A stretch of DNA of 64,000 bases from Antedon mediterranea. Lineage: Eukaryota > Animalia > Echinodermata. Positions 13,273 to 25,100 of the stretch are shown piece by piece. Both the position numbers and the translations under genes were made by a program. The notes beneath the pieces are model-generated. The model was not told where the DNA came from. It saw only the letters and a program-made list of their open reading frames with translations, and searched no databases. Location of the stretch: the NCBI RefSeq assembly GCF_964355755.1, contig NC_092680.1, positions 5,890,001 to 5,954,000 of the forward strand. Reading direction: 5' to 3'. Position 1 is the first letter of the stretch; each line of letters starts with the position of its first letter.

Positions 13273-16200
13273 GAGACACAGATGATAATGAGTCAATCGC
13301 GATGAGAGTCATCCAGGCCTAGACTAGATGAAACGTTAATCCTCCTTGTACAGGGAATTAAGGTGCTGTACAATAAATTAGACGTGGATTACAAAAATGT
13401 AATGTAAAGATATATGGAAAGCATTTGGAGTAGAGATTGGTTTGGCAGGTAGGCCTAACATGATTTTTTTTTCCATTTGGGATTGCCCACCTAGGGTAGG
13501 CCTAACTAGCCTAGGCCTACTTAGGTCTACTACTAGACCTAGAGATACATACTTGTAGGCCACCTGTGCTACATAGGCCTAGGTCAGTCCTTATACTACT
13601 AGGCCTAGGTGGCGCGACCTAGGCTAGTCCTATCTAGCAGGCATAGGCTATACCTAGCTACTATCTAAGCTAGTAGGCCGAGGTATATGCCTCTCTCTTC
13701 CTGTCCCTTTTAAACAGCGCGCGGGCACTGCTAACTGGCTGGGCTGTACTAACCTCTAGACGTATTATGACTGCAAGGCCTAGAGAAATGCCTAGGCCTA
13801 GCTAAGGCCGGTATACCAATCATCGACAATTGTTCCGAAACTAGGTTAGGCCTAACCATTAGGAGGTATACAAAATTAATATTAATTATTTATAACTCCA
13901 TGGCACTCGTGTTTTTGACAATTTAAACTCGACGGACGCACGCAAAAAAGTTGTTGATAAATGACGTCACATCAAGCATGTCGTCGATTCTAACGGGGTT
14001 TTAATGAAATAATAACATAAACCATAAAACCAACAATTAGTAGGCCTATTGAATGTTAACGTTTGGATCAGCATGTTATAAAGTTATTTTGTTTAAAATG
14101 AGGCATACCAGTTCTCTTTTTGATATAACTTGCAACACTTTCTCCATTAGTTGTTCTGCTGCGTCTTCTGATACCATCTCTTTTATCAGATCCATCAGTT
14201 TAATTCTGTTATCTGCTGAAATTTCTCTGAAATGATGGTTTTTTAAATGTCCAAAATCATTATACGGTGTTTATATATTAGTTGGTAAAATGTCAATGCT
14301 GAAAAAATTGCAAACGGTGTTTCATTTAAAAAAGTTAGCAAAGAGCAACAAATGAAAGTCCAACTCGAGTCTTCTACTTATAAATTCGACAACCGAATTA
14401 TTTCTGCCTGGTGCCAGAAGACCCGAATTTTGAGCCTCAGTTTGAGTGACTTTCTTCACTTTGCATATTTTTATCTTTACTGTTTTGCGTTAGTTTATAC
14501 TTACTTATTTAGTTTTGTGACTGAGTAAGCGAAGGCAAGTACGTCAGCTGCGCGCCCACTACCCTCTGCAATTACAACAGGGATTGGTGGGTCTGACGTC
14601 ACGTTCTCGAATACGACTTGGATTGTATTTATTCCTCCCTCTAAGACAATACAAACTGCAGGTATACATCGTTCTCCTACTCCTAGAAGTTAGTTATCAT
14701 TTGAAGTTTCATAAATAGTTTCATAAATGAAGACAATGCTGTACCAGACCAGTCAAACACAAACAAATTATTTCAAAAACTAAAGAATATGCAGGCAGTA
14801 AGCAATGTGGCATGAAATCATGCTGAAAATTTTTTAAACCAGTTAATAATTATTTCATTATTTAAAATAGGTTATTAAATACAAACAAAATTATTTATTA
14901 GTCTAACGTAAACCAATAATAATAAAGAAAATAATGTAGTTTCAAAATATTATAATGTTAAACCCGGAACTAGCCTTCGTAAAAGCATACTTCAACATCA
15001 ATCATTCCCATTGGGCCTCTAAAACATGGTTAGTTTTCTTAGACATTTTCTTCACATGCAGCTCATAATGCGGAATTAGTTTTTACATTCTACTGGGTAC
15101 TACCTTGATCTAATGTTTGTTTCGATATGAGTTTTTCTAGCTTTGACCGTAGTGAGATCTCTACACCATACTGCTTCACCGTACCGTTATCCACTAGAAT
15201 AAAATGGCTGTGGTTCGGATCTAGTGAAGCACCACTGCTCGTTGATGAACTAGTAACACGGTAATATTTTACCCCCTTTAGAAAATTACCAAATCTTATC
15301 AAATTAATAAATGAAATTTCACTCTTCTCCGACATAACATTTTAACTCACAATAAAGCTAAATAGTCTAAGAAAAAAATAATATAGTTTTATAGCTCTTT
15401 TATGATATTAAAATTGACATGGGTTTTCTAATTATGCCTATACGCGTTAATAAGTACCGAGTAGCAGAACAATTATGTATTTTGACATTCAATCATTTTA
15501 AAACATCTATAAAGTAATGGTATTTTTAAATTACATGTTCATATTATGTTTATGTAGACAATTAATCTCCATTAAAAATGTTGAAGAAGTTGAAAAAATA
15601 AATGGAAATAGATACTTACCTCGCTAGGTTTTTTCCGCATGTATTTCAGTTCCACCTCTGACGGTGCAGTGCAGTGTGCACGACTGTGTGCTCGGCTTGT
15701 CCTGGGCTTAGCAGCCTAAATTTGTAAAAATATTCATCAAAACGTATACATCAAAAAACTAAAGTAATAATATAATAGAATTTATCATTTTCCGTTAATT
15801 TCTCTAAACTCTTTTGTATACAAAATAGTATACAAAATCTAAATATACAAAATCTAAACCTCACAACGGCATGTACTTTATTTAAGCCCTGTCTACACTA
15901 TCAAACTTTATGTGCCCATATATGGACATAATGATGTAATATCACAACATATTTAAGCAAATCACTACCATGTTTTGTCAAACTATTTTTATAGTATAGA
16001 AACGGAAATCAACTCACCGTCTTACACTTTGGGTTTGTTAGTGCAGACTAGGATTTCTATCAATCTACGGGAAATCCTTGTAAAAATCTTCAACCAAACT
16101 GTAAACATGTTATACTTACTTCCGATACAATTAGATCCTCTTTATGATCAACAATGCCCCAAGAAGCAACTCCAATTGCTACTATCTTTTTGGGAGATTT

Positions 16201-18684
16201 TATTGAATGTTCACGAATTGCTTTACCGACATATTTCATTACACCTAAAATATAGTTGATTAGTATCATTACATTCATGAGGATTTGGTGCAATAGGAAC
16301 AATTTATATAACTTAAAATATACAAACACTCTCTTCATTTATACTGCATTGATCGCAGACCGTATCAATCATGACGTCATTTGAACTGTCGTTTTCATCA
16401 AAAGAAGCATAGGGTTATACTATAGTTAGAGGATGAAAACTTGTTAAGTTTCTTTTTTTTTATGTATGAAAAATGCATATTTATCGTCGATCGTTATCGT
16501 CCTAGTGTAAATGGGCCTTTAAAGTTAATTCTAATAAGTTTCCATACCTGTATTTGTTCCACCCGTTAGTATCCAGGCGTCGGCGGTCACAGCCACTCGG
16601 ATAATACCATCGTAGAAAATGCGTTTTAATTTTGGGTTGAGAACGAAGTCCTTTGCTCCTCCGGTGACTTCAATCAAAAGCTTTGGTAATTTTAAGTTCC
16701 AGAGATCCGTGAGAAGTTTTAGGACATCATGTTCTGATGTTTCATCCGATAGTCTAACATACTAAACCAATAAAACAATATACGTGTCTAGAGATATGCG
16801 TTAAGCCGATTTTCTCCACTAGGCGAATTTTTTCGCGCGAATCGAACGCGCCAGCTTGTACGCATGTGTATTCATGTTTACGTCTTCCAAATCCTTCTCT
16901 ACGCATGCGTATTAGCTGACGCCTTCGATTCGCGTGAACAAATTCGCCTAGTGGAAAATCGGCTTTAGGGCCAACTCAGACAGCGTGGTACGACGAGGTC
17001 TTAACTCGTCGGTGCTGTCTGAGTTGAATTCCGACGAGACGAGTCGTCTTGAAATAGCGTCGGCGTAGTTTTTTGGTCGTCGGGAGATTTTATCCCGACG
17101 AGACGACTCGTCGTACGACGCTGTCTGAGTAAGGGGGAGCGGAGAGCCGGGGTTTTAATATGGTACAGTTTTACAACGCCATTCCGTATAATGGTGTTAA
17201 GATATTTATTTTTATCAATCTTACCTTAGCTCTGCTAGTATTGAAAACTCCCTGGAAATCCATAACGCCGAAAGCGTTGGTAGGGAACGTGCGCGTGTGC
17301 GAATCTGATGACCATGTTTGGAACCATGGTTGTTGTCCTTCGGGAATTGTTTGTGCAGATACTGTGTGATCGGTTTTTAATCGACCACACTGGCAGCTAC
17401 AAATTAACAAGTAATGTACAATTTTACTTAGAGCAAAATATATGAGGATTGTAAAGGATGATCAAAACATAGATGACGGAACGTTGTTGATGGCAACAAA
17501 ATAAAAAAATACATTACTTACCAGTCTTGATTTGGCGGTTTCTTTGGGCAAAAATGATTGCATTCTTTTGCGTTGAATGATTCTGCAATTGAACGCCATT
17601 TTCGATTTAGCTAAAAAAAAAACAAATATAAAGAAGATTCGGGAGATTTAAGAATATTTATCGAATTTATCAAAATCGTTGTTTAGTGTAATATTGATAT
17701 TGTATATCTACAATTTGTTCATTATTGTAAGTCTGAATGGCCCAACTTTGATCACCATGTGACGATAATAATAATAATTACACATTTGGCGATAAATTTT
17801 TCCATGACGCACATAGAATTGGGCCTACTGTATCCTGGAACTTGTCTATGAAGAAATCATTCTGTTCTGTAGATATCAAGAACCACTATTATAAGATATA
17901 TAAGTATCATTGATCAGATGATGACGTAATAATAAAGTAATTTTAATTGACCTATAATACTATTTTATTTCTTGTACAATACACATTAATGTGTATCATC
18001 ATTATGAATTATTATACTAATATAATAATATACATTATGAATATTAACTAATCTGATAGAAAACTAAAATGTATAAGAAGTCATAATGATAATTGGCCCG
18101 AAGAAAAATGTAATATAAACATATAATGATTCACGTTCGCTTACTATATTATAATTGATGATCAAAATTTCAATCGGTGATGTAATAATGTGTAGATTTC
18201 ATGCATTTGAATATACTTCCGTTTTGTCTTCCTCCGACAAAACAAAATTATTGAATATCCTTTAAAGACAATTTCAATACACTGATGATATTCAGGGTTA
18301 AAATATTTGGCCTTATGAAACATGTTTTATTAAACTTGATTTCATAGTTAGTTATAACATTAATTTAAGGACATATTATGTACCTTGTACTGTAGGCCTA
18401 CTGCTAGTGCGCTTTGTCTTTTTTTAAAGAAAACTCAATAATTGTATTCACAATGTATCACTTTGCTCATACAGATATTTTAATTTCAATAGGCCTAATC
18501 ATGTTTTGCCGTCATGCATATGTGAACTTTGCAATGACTATTCAATCCCGATCAATGAACAGGAGAAATAAAACACAAACATCTCAATATTTATTTTAAA
18601 CTATAATAAACTTTAAAAAATGATGTGTTATAAACGAACCTTTTCCGAATCTTCTGAAACACTAATCCCTCGATGGTACTTCAT
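4868..18684 (-). CDS. TRPM: TRPM-family (melastatin) cation channel, multi-exon (~20 coding exons)
   Basis: Phase-consistent GT-AG exons (approx.): 18684-18640 [15 protein letters not shown]; 17610-17522 [10 protein letters not shown]; 17396-17225 [16 protein letters not shown]; 16762-16548 [30 protein letters not shown]; 16245-16120 [17 protein letters not shown]; 15276-15104 [15 protein letters not shown]; 14682-14505 VLEGG..GSGRAAD; 14227-14109; 12933-12858; 12336-12235 [12 protein letters not shown]; 12015-11878; 11304-11241; 11062-10921; 10703-10477; 10091-9869 [10 protein letters not shown]; 9195-9061; 8568-8401 FYTAPIVK; 7930-7784; 7383-7105; 6900-6724 pore [11 protein letters not shown]; 6455-6341 S6 [12 protein letters not shown]; 5914-5726 TRP box IWKFQR..PPPF; 5288-5155; 5035-4868 coiled coil then TAA. 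These motifs are hallmarks of TRPM; the subfamily is not resolved. Confidence 0.95.
6013..6183. mobile_element. Family-D MITE (aggccaatttacaca ... tgtgtaaagtggcct)
   Basis: Imperfect TIRs; a second, interrupted copy lies at 20880-21432. Confidence 0.75.
9309..9420. mobile_element. Family-A MITE fragment
   Basis: ggcttggtttccacca start and ttggtcaattcgcttgcgttgcgt core. Confidence 0.6.
9593..9744. mobile_element. Family-B MITE
   Basis: Same TIR and core (gatgtgcccaaatatggtagtgatatg), with TAA/TAA flanks. Confidence 0.8.
12635..12805. mobile_element. Family-C MITE (TIR AGGCCAACTCAGACAGCG)
   Basis: aggccaactcagacagcg ... cgctgtctgagttggcct; other copies at 16967-17130 and 23286-23490 (TAA/TAA flanks). 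Confidence 0.82.
13448..13860. repeat. Low-complexity (c)taggccta(g)-rich tract
   Basis: Dense palindromic TAGGCCTA/CTAG motifs; similar tracts near 60810-60855 and 62995-63090. Confidence 0.7.
15620..15715 (-). CDS. Candidate 96-nt phase-0/0 cassette exon of the TRPM gene ([32 protein letters not shown])
   Basis: tttag acceptor, GAG|gtaagt donor, 32 stop-free codons, GC-richer than the surrounding intron, and flanked by phase-0 exon junctions. Confidence 0.55.
16804..17130. mobile_element. Family-E MITE (16804-16964, TIR AGCCGATTTT..CCACTAGGCGAATTT) abutting a family-C MITE (16967-17130)
   Basis: TTA-[agccgatttt...aaaatcggct]-TTA is followed directly by gggccaactcagacagcg. Confidence 0.8.
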
Positions 18685-19381
18685 ACTACAAACTGTATCA
18701 GATTGTTGTTTCTAGCTTACGTGATCCATACGGTTCCACACGGCTCCAAGCAGCTCGTCTGTGGATTTCCAGAAGTAAAATCTTTCTTTGGCTCTAACAC
18801 TCTCGAAGCTAAGTCGTCCACAAACCAGGCGTTTGTGCAAATAAGCTCGCGTCGGACACGAGACGCGGTTTTCTCATTTATTCCCACTAAGGTCAGAATA
18901 AGAAATCTTAGAGACGCCGCCGTTGTTGTGTGCCAGGAGGAAGACTGAACCTTGCAACTAGTTTAGATGTGAGTCACCATGGCGGACGTTTTGCCGAATG
19001 ACACATATAGGATTTTGTCAATTAAAGTTGGCATGATATGTGTCTTTGTGTTGTATAAATTAATCAATGACACTAAATAACAATATAACCCTAGGCCCAC
19101 TTTTAAAATATTGTATAGCCACCGTTAAAAAGTATTTTTTCAAGACTAGTTTTATTTTAGCGGTGGGAATAGACAGAATCATAGCTATATTAAGAGGCAC
19201 GTCAGTAATGTACATCATACATATATATAGGCGCGGTACATCATTGTTAAGGCATATCACAGCTATATATAGATAAAACCATGGTTAAATATTATAGGTC
19301 TGTTTGCAGAGAGATAATTATGTTAACAACCGGCAATATTTTATACCCATAATACCAACAATCGATAATATTTTGATCCAA

Positions 19382-19541
19382 GCTCTGTCTACACTATCAA
19401 ACTTTATGTGACAAAAAATGTGCTGTGCCCATATATGGACATGATGATGTCATATCTTTACCATATTTGGATATATCACTACCATATTTGGGCATATCAC
19501 ATTTTTTTTGTCAAACTAGTTTGATAGTGTATACAGAGATT
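19382..19541. mobile_element. Family-B MITE
   Basis: agctctgtctacactatcaaact ... agtttgatagtgtatacagagat. Confidence 0.8.
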
Positions 19542-20879
19542 TACAGATTACATCAAAACTTTAGTTAGGTTAGCGTCAATTAGGTGGTCAATTATTTAAG
19601 ACTGTATTCTTTGATTTTGTTACCGTATCGTATCAAGTTTGTCCCAAAAAATCAGCTAATTTTATCACGATTCAAATAGTTTACTTGAAGGCATATGCTT
19701 ATCATCTAATTAGAACTGTAAACTTTACTTTACGCTGTGGTCAACATTAAATTATTCTATTTTGATAGGCATATAATAATGCACTTCTTCGGAAACCCCA
19801 TCTGTTTTTTTAAGGAAACTAGTCTATGAGTTCATGTGTAATAATAATAAGATGTACACACTCTCTAAAGTTAAAAGTAAAATAATTCTATAAGCTAGGA
19901 TGTTCCCAAATTTGTATTTACTACTTTATTTCAAACTGAAATGATATTTATTATATATACCATAAGGTCCTACTTACAGAACCACAGATAATAAGCCTAA
20001 GGATCTGATGTAAAATAATGAATATGATTTACACCAGGGTAAATCTCCCTGCTTACACCACTGGCATGTGTTTAGTGTTCTGTTATTTTGTTGTACTGTG
20101 GTATGACAAACAATAAAAAATACTGTACATTACGTAAGAGCAAGTCATTACGTCATATGCATAGCCAGGTGGTGGTTTCACTTAGAACAGTACCTCCTTA
20201 CTGAGTATGCACAGAATAATTGTACATTACAGTACACAGGAATTTACTAAATTAGACTTGCAAACAAAAATAAATCCATAAATATCCTAAGATAACTAAA
20301 AAGAAATGAAAGAAAAAGCAGAGGAACCATTTACATCGTTCAATTCTCCAGCTCTTTGAATAAGAGAGATCGCCAGAACATTATTCACGTGAGCTCGAGT
20401 GAAAAAGAAACCTGTCTATCCAATCTATTGTAATCCACGTTTTTGGTAATCTGTGTTTTTACCGTTTGAATAGAAGGTAGTTTGTTGGAAGTTTCAGACA
20501 GGGCGGTATGGTTCAAATAATCTAAAATACTGTAAAAAAAAAAAAAAATTAAGTTGGCCTAGGCCTATATTCCGCAATCACGGATAATTTTTATTTTTCG
20601 AATAATATTGTACACTGCGATAGTCTACATAACTATATTTACTGTGAGTATCATTATTTTAAACAAGAATATATGTACATATATCACATACCAAAAACCA
20701 ATTCATTATTTAGTTATAAATTAAAATGTTTCTTGAAAATGTGAATAAATATACCGGTACAATTGGAAATCTTGCGGCATAATACTGTACAATAGTACTG
20801 TCTTAAAACAGGCTGTTATGCCAACATTTAAGTTAGTACAATTTGCAATAAGTTACGAATGTTGATACTTATAACGTAT

Positions 20880-21432
20880 AAAGTGCAATTTACACAGACG
20901 AGCGGTAACGGTAATAAAAATATAGATTCCTAAAGCTTGGTTCCCACTAGTGACGCAACCTACGCAACGCAACGTAAGAAAATGGCCTTTCAATTTGTGC
21001 TGCGTGAAATCAAACCTGCGATGTTTGCAGCACTGTTTGTCGTCGGTTCCCACTTGTGATTACGCCACACAGCACTTTGCGTCGATACGTAGATGCGTTG
21101 CGTTCTAGTGAGAACCACGCTTTATAAACATCTACACACAACGCGCGGAGCTGACGGGCGGTTTCCGCTGAGGATAGATACAGACTCTAAAGCTTGGTTC
21201 CCACTAGAACGTAACGCAAGGACGTAAACGCAACGCAAGCGTTTTAACCAATGACAAGCGAAGTTATAGACAGTTAGCAATCACAAGCGAATAAACCATC
21301 GCTTGTGATTGGTCAATTCACTTGCGTTGCGTTACGTCCTTGCGTTGCGTCGCTAGTGGGAACCACGCTTACGTGGGGACAAGCTACGCGGTTGCCCGCT
21401 TATCGCTACCCTCGTCTGTGTAAATTGGTCTA
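20880..21432. mobile_element. Family-D TIR element (caatttacacag...ctgtgtaaattgg) interrupted by two family-A-type MITEs (20934-21121, 21190-21369)
   Basis: The flanking pieces match the reverse complement of the intact element at 6013-6183. Both inserts carry AGCTTGGTTCCCACTAG TIRs. Confidence 0.8.
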
Positions 21433-22150
21433 ATGATACTTAAATCATGCTTAAATCGCCTGTCGTCGTGTCGTCGTCATTAAAGAGCTTTCAATTGTAC
21501 GACGACCTAAAATGTGAGATTTGTGACGTCATACTGAGGTAATATTCGCATACGTTATGGTTTTTCATTTACTTTAAACCTAATGACTTTTAGGTTCATA
21601 TAAGACATCTATTGGGCATTTCAACCTTTTTGGGTGTACGATAGTCGCGAAAAAAAAAAAATCTAAATCGAGATTTTATAGAACAGGACTTGGGACATAT
21701 GACGTAATATCATCGTAAATCAAAAGCTTTATAGAGTCTCAACATCAGCTTCAGCATCATCACTTTGTACGTCATTCACGTCATAAGTACAGTTCAAAGG
21801 AGGAACATCATATCTGTTAATATTGTTATTTGATATCATAATCGAACATCACTGTCATCATCACAAATCACAAAAAATGATTAAAATCCCTCTCATAGTC
21901 ATCATCATCATCTTTCATTTATATCATCATCAGCAGCATTATCATAATAGGTCATCATTATTTCAACATTACGCGTTGATAAATCGGTGTTTTATCATTG
22001 TTCATTTTCCATGAGTATTTTAGCCAGTCACCAAACGCGTCGTGCAGCAAATTATTGGTGACGCGTTTCTTCTTTCGATCAAGGTGATTGCTGTAAACCG
22101 ATGTTCCTGCATCGGGACGGCAGACAATTCATCGCATTTTGGCGCTAACG

Positions 22151-25100
22151 TTACGATGGATTGTTTGGTTTCCTCCCAGAACCAGCAAGATCCTCGTCAT
22201 CTGTGGTCAACAGCGTGTTGTCGAGATTGTTACCAGAGATCATTGTGTTGAATTGAGTCGTTTTGCCCAAAGCCACCTGTAACTCAATGATGTCACGACG
22301 TAAGTTTGCTATCATATTTAGAACGGCTTCTCCGACAGCAGATTCACCCTATAAATAAAGCAGTATTTTATTAAAAAAAATTCTTGATCTAAAAAATAAT
22401 CAAAAAGTAAAGTAGGCGTACAAAAATAGATAATTATCTTACCTTAGGACCTCTTGGACCGGGGACACCAGTTTCACCCTGTACAAATAAATGGTAAGAT
22501 AAGTTAATGTAAAGGATGCCTTAGAATTCATGATATCAACAAAGATATTATAGTATAAAGCATCCGATTATGCACCCTAACTGACTACTATTGAAAGTCA
22601 TCTAGAAAAGAATGTGTATTAAGTAATTTTAATGCACATGTTATTCTTGTCACTAAATTCGTATCTAGACGACTTTCAATAGTCAGTTAAGATCTATCTA
22701 GTGACAGCTGCAAAATCGAGTGCATACCCCTCAATAGATCATTGGCGAGCTTCTAAAATTAGGGTTGCTGTGGGTTTGATGGGAAGGTATTTTAATTGTG
22801 CGCAGGCTTTGTAATACATGCACACGTACTTAAAGCGTGGTTCCCACTAGAACGCAACGCAGCGACGTATCGACGCAAAGTGTTGTATTGCGTAATCACA
22901 AGTGGGAACTGACGACGCAATAATGCAGCAAACATCGCAGGTTGGATTTCACGCAGGGGGGGGGGGGGGGAAACACAATTATTAGAAGGGGATTTGCTTA
23001 AGTTGCGTAGATTGCGTTATGTTGCGTCGCTAGTGGGAACCGAGCTTTACTTTGTATTGCTCAGACGCTTTCGTTACGCAATACCTGTACTCGAGGTTAT
23101 AGTTAAAGAATATTTCGTTATTCTACATGATGCATATGGAATATAGTCATCATTTACTATTGGAAAGTTACTCACCTTCTGGCCAGATTTTCCTGGGGGA
23201 CCAGACCGTCCCTAAAAATAATTAAGAATTCATTCAGTATAGTATAACATGTCGTCTCTTTAGTGTATCTCTTGTTGGTATCTAAAGGCCAACTCAAACA
23301 GTGTCGTAAAAGACGAGGTCCGACGAGTCGTCTCGTCGGGAGAAAATTAAACATGATTAAAGTTCTCGCAACGACGTACCTCAATACTACATCTGACGCT
23401 ATCGCAAGACGACTCCTTTCGTAGTTAACGACGACAGCACCGACGAGTCAAGACTTTCGTCGGGCCTCGTTGTACTGTCTAAGTTGGCCTTAAACAGCAT
23501 ACACAAATTTACAAAAATATAAAAATAAAACTAAGCCTAAATCTAAAAAAAAATCTGAACAGGTCTAGTTCAAGCATATTAGAGTACCTTTTTATAACCA
23601 CTATAGTCACATTAAATCAACACAAACGTACCTGTGGTCCTCGTTTGCCTCGTTTTCCGTCCATAATTTTGGATGTCGTTGGAGTTCTTCCTGGTATACC
23701 AGGAAGTCCAGGCACCCCCGGTGGACCAATACGACCCTTCAATCCTCTCTCGCCAGGAAAACCACGTAAACCGTGCTCACCCTTGTCACCCTTTATTCCT
23801 GTATATCCTATAGGTCCTGTATGACCTCTTTCTCCTCGGTAACCTCGTTTACCCTCAATTCCTCGAAATCCCATTTCTCCTTTCTGACCTCTTAGACCCG
23901 CAGGACCTGGTGGTCCTTGAGCACCAGGTAACCCAGACTGACCTGGTGGACCTGATAACCCAGGTGTACCCGTTTCACCCTTAGTCCCTGGTGGACCTAT
24001 GCTACCCGGCGGTCCTGGAAAGCCCTTTGATTCTTTTTGAGGTGCAAAGTTGATCTTTGGTTCTTTTTCTTTGGCGTTTTCTTGTTGTATCATGAGAAGT
24101 AGCTGGAATTAAACAAAATCAATATCATTTTGGTCAATTTATAAAATAGCAATCTGTGGTTTACGTGGCTAGCTGTTAACGTATAATGGAAGAATCAGAT
24201 AGGTGACAAAAAAGGTTAATTCAACTCAAATCACCGATGTTCAAAAGTCAATCAACAAAGAACAGAAGGGCTTTTTATATGGGCCCGATCAGGCTTAATT
24301 ATTTACAGGATGTGCTACCTACCAAGTTAGCGACAATTGTAAGCCTACCCATGAAACCAACTTTCTCGGGTGAATAACTAACAAACCATGTAACATCTTC
24401 CTACCTTCTTTTCGACGTCCTGAACCACTGTATGTAGAAATGTAAAATTACGACAACTTGCATGGCAAACGTCTTCCTCTTGCTCTATACTCTTTGATTT
24501 TGCTGAGGAACAGATTAAAATGATAATTGAAAAAGGGTGATTGAAACAATATTGTACCACTAATCCTTAATCTTAAAGCGAAACAGCTATAGTAGTTAAG
24601 TATTGTATCATACTAAAAAATAATAGGAGTATTGGTTGGTATATTGTTTCAAGGTTTGCATGACGAAACCAAATGTTGATATAAGTTTGCGGTACACCAC
24701 GGTCTGAAAAGAACTGTTGAGTTTCTCGACGTTTGATCAATATTTTTTGATTGTCCTCAGGAGTGAGAATTCTCAAAGTATATTGATCAAAACGTCGATA
24801 AACTGAACAGTTCTTTTCAGAACTAATATACGTGGTGTACCGCAAACTTTATATCAACAGTATTGGTTAGACTCGGCTTATGGCCTGTGATGTAATGTCA
24901 CATAATGAGACATAAGTGACACTGTATTACAGAGTTTGCCGATGACACTGGTCAAATTATACATTAAGAGCGTACTTACGTAATTCTATACAGCTTCTTC
25001 CATCTACTGCCACTTTGAAACCATGGTTACACGAACATCGATAGCTACCTATGGTGTTGATGCACAATTGTTCACATCCCCCATTTTTAAATCTACATTC

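Noticed and set aside
16548-16625. Apparent frameshift in the TRPM exon (pseudogene?)
   Set aside because: Re-reading gives a continuous frame [24 protein letters not shown]; I found no disabling lesion in any exon.
23617-24093. Stand-alone collagen gene
   Set aside because: It is the collagen exon of CCBE1, bounded by splice sites in phase with the neighbouring exons.
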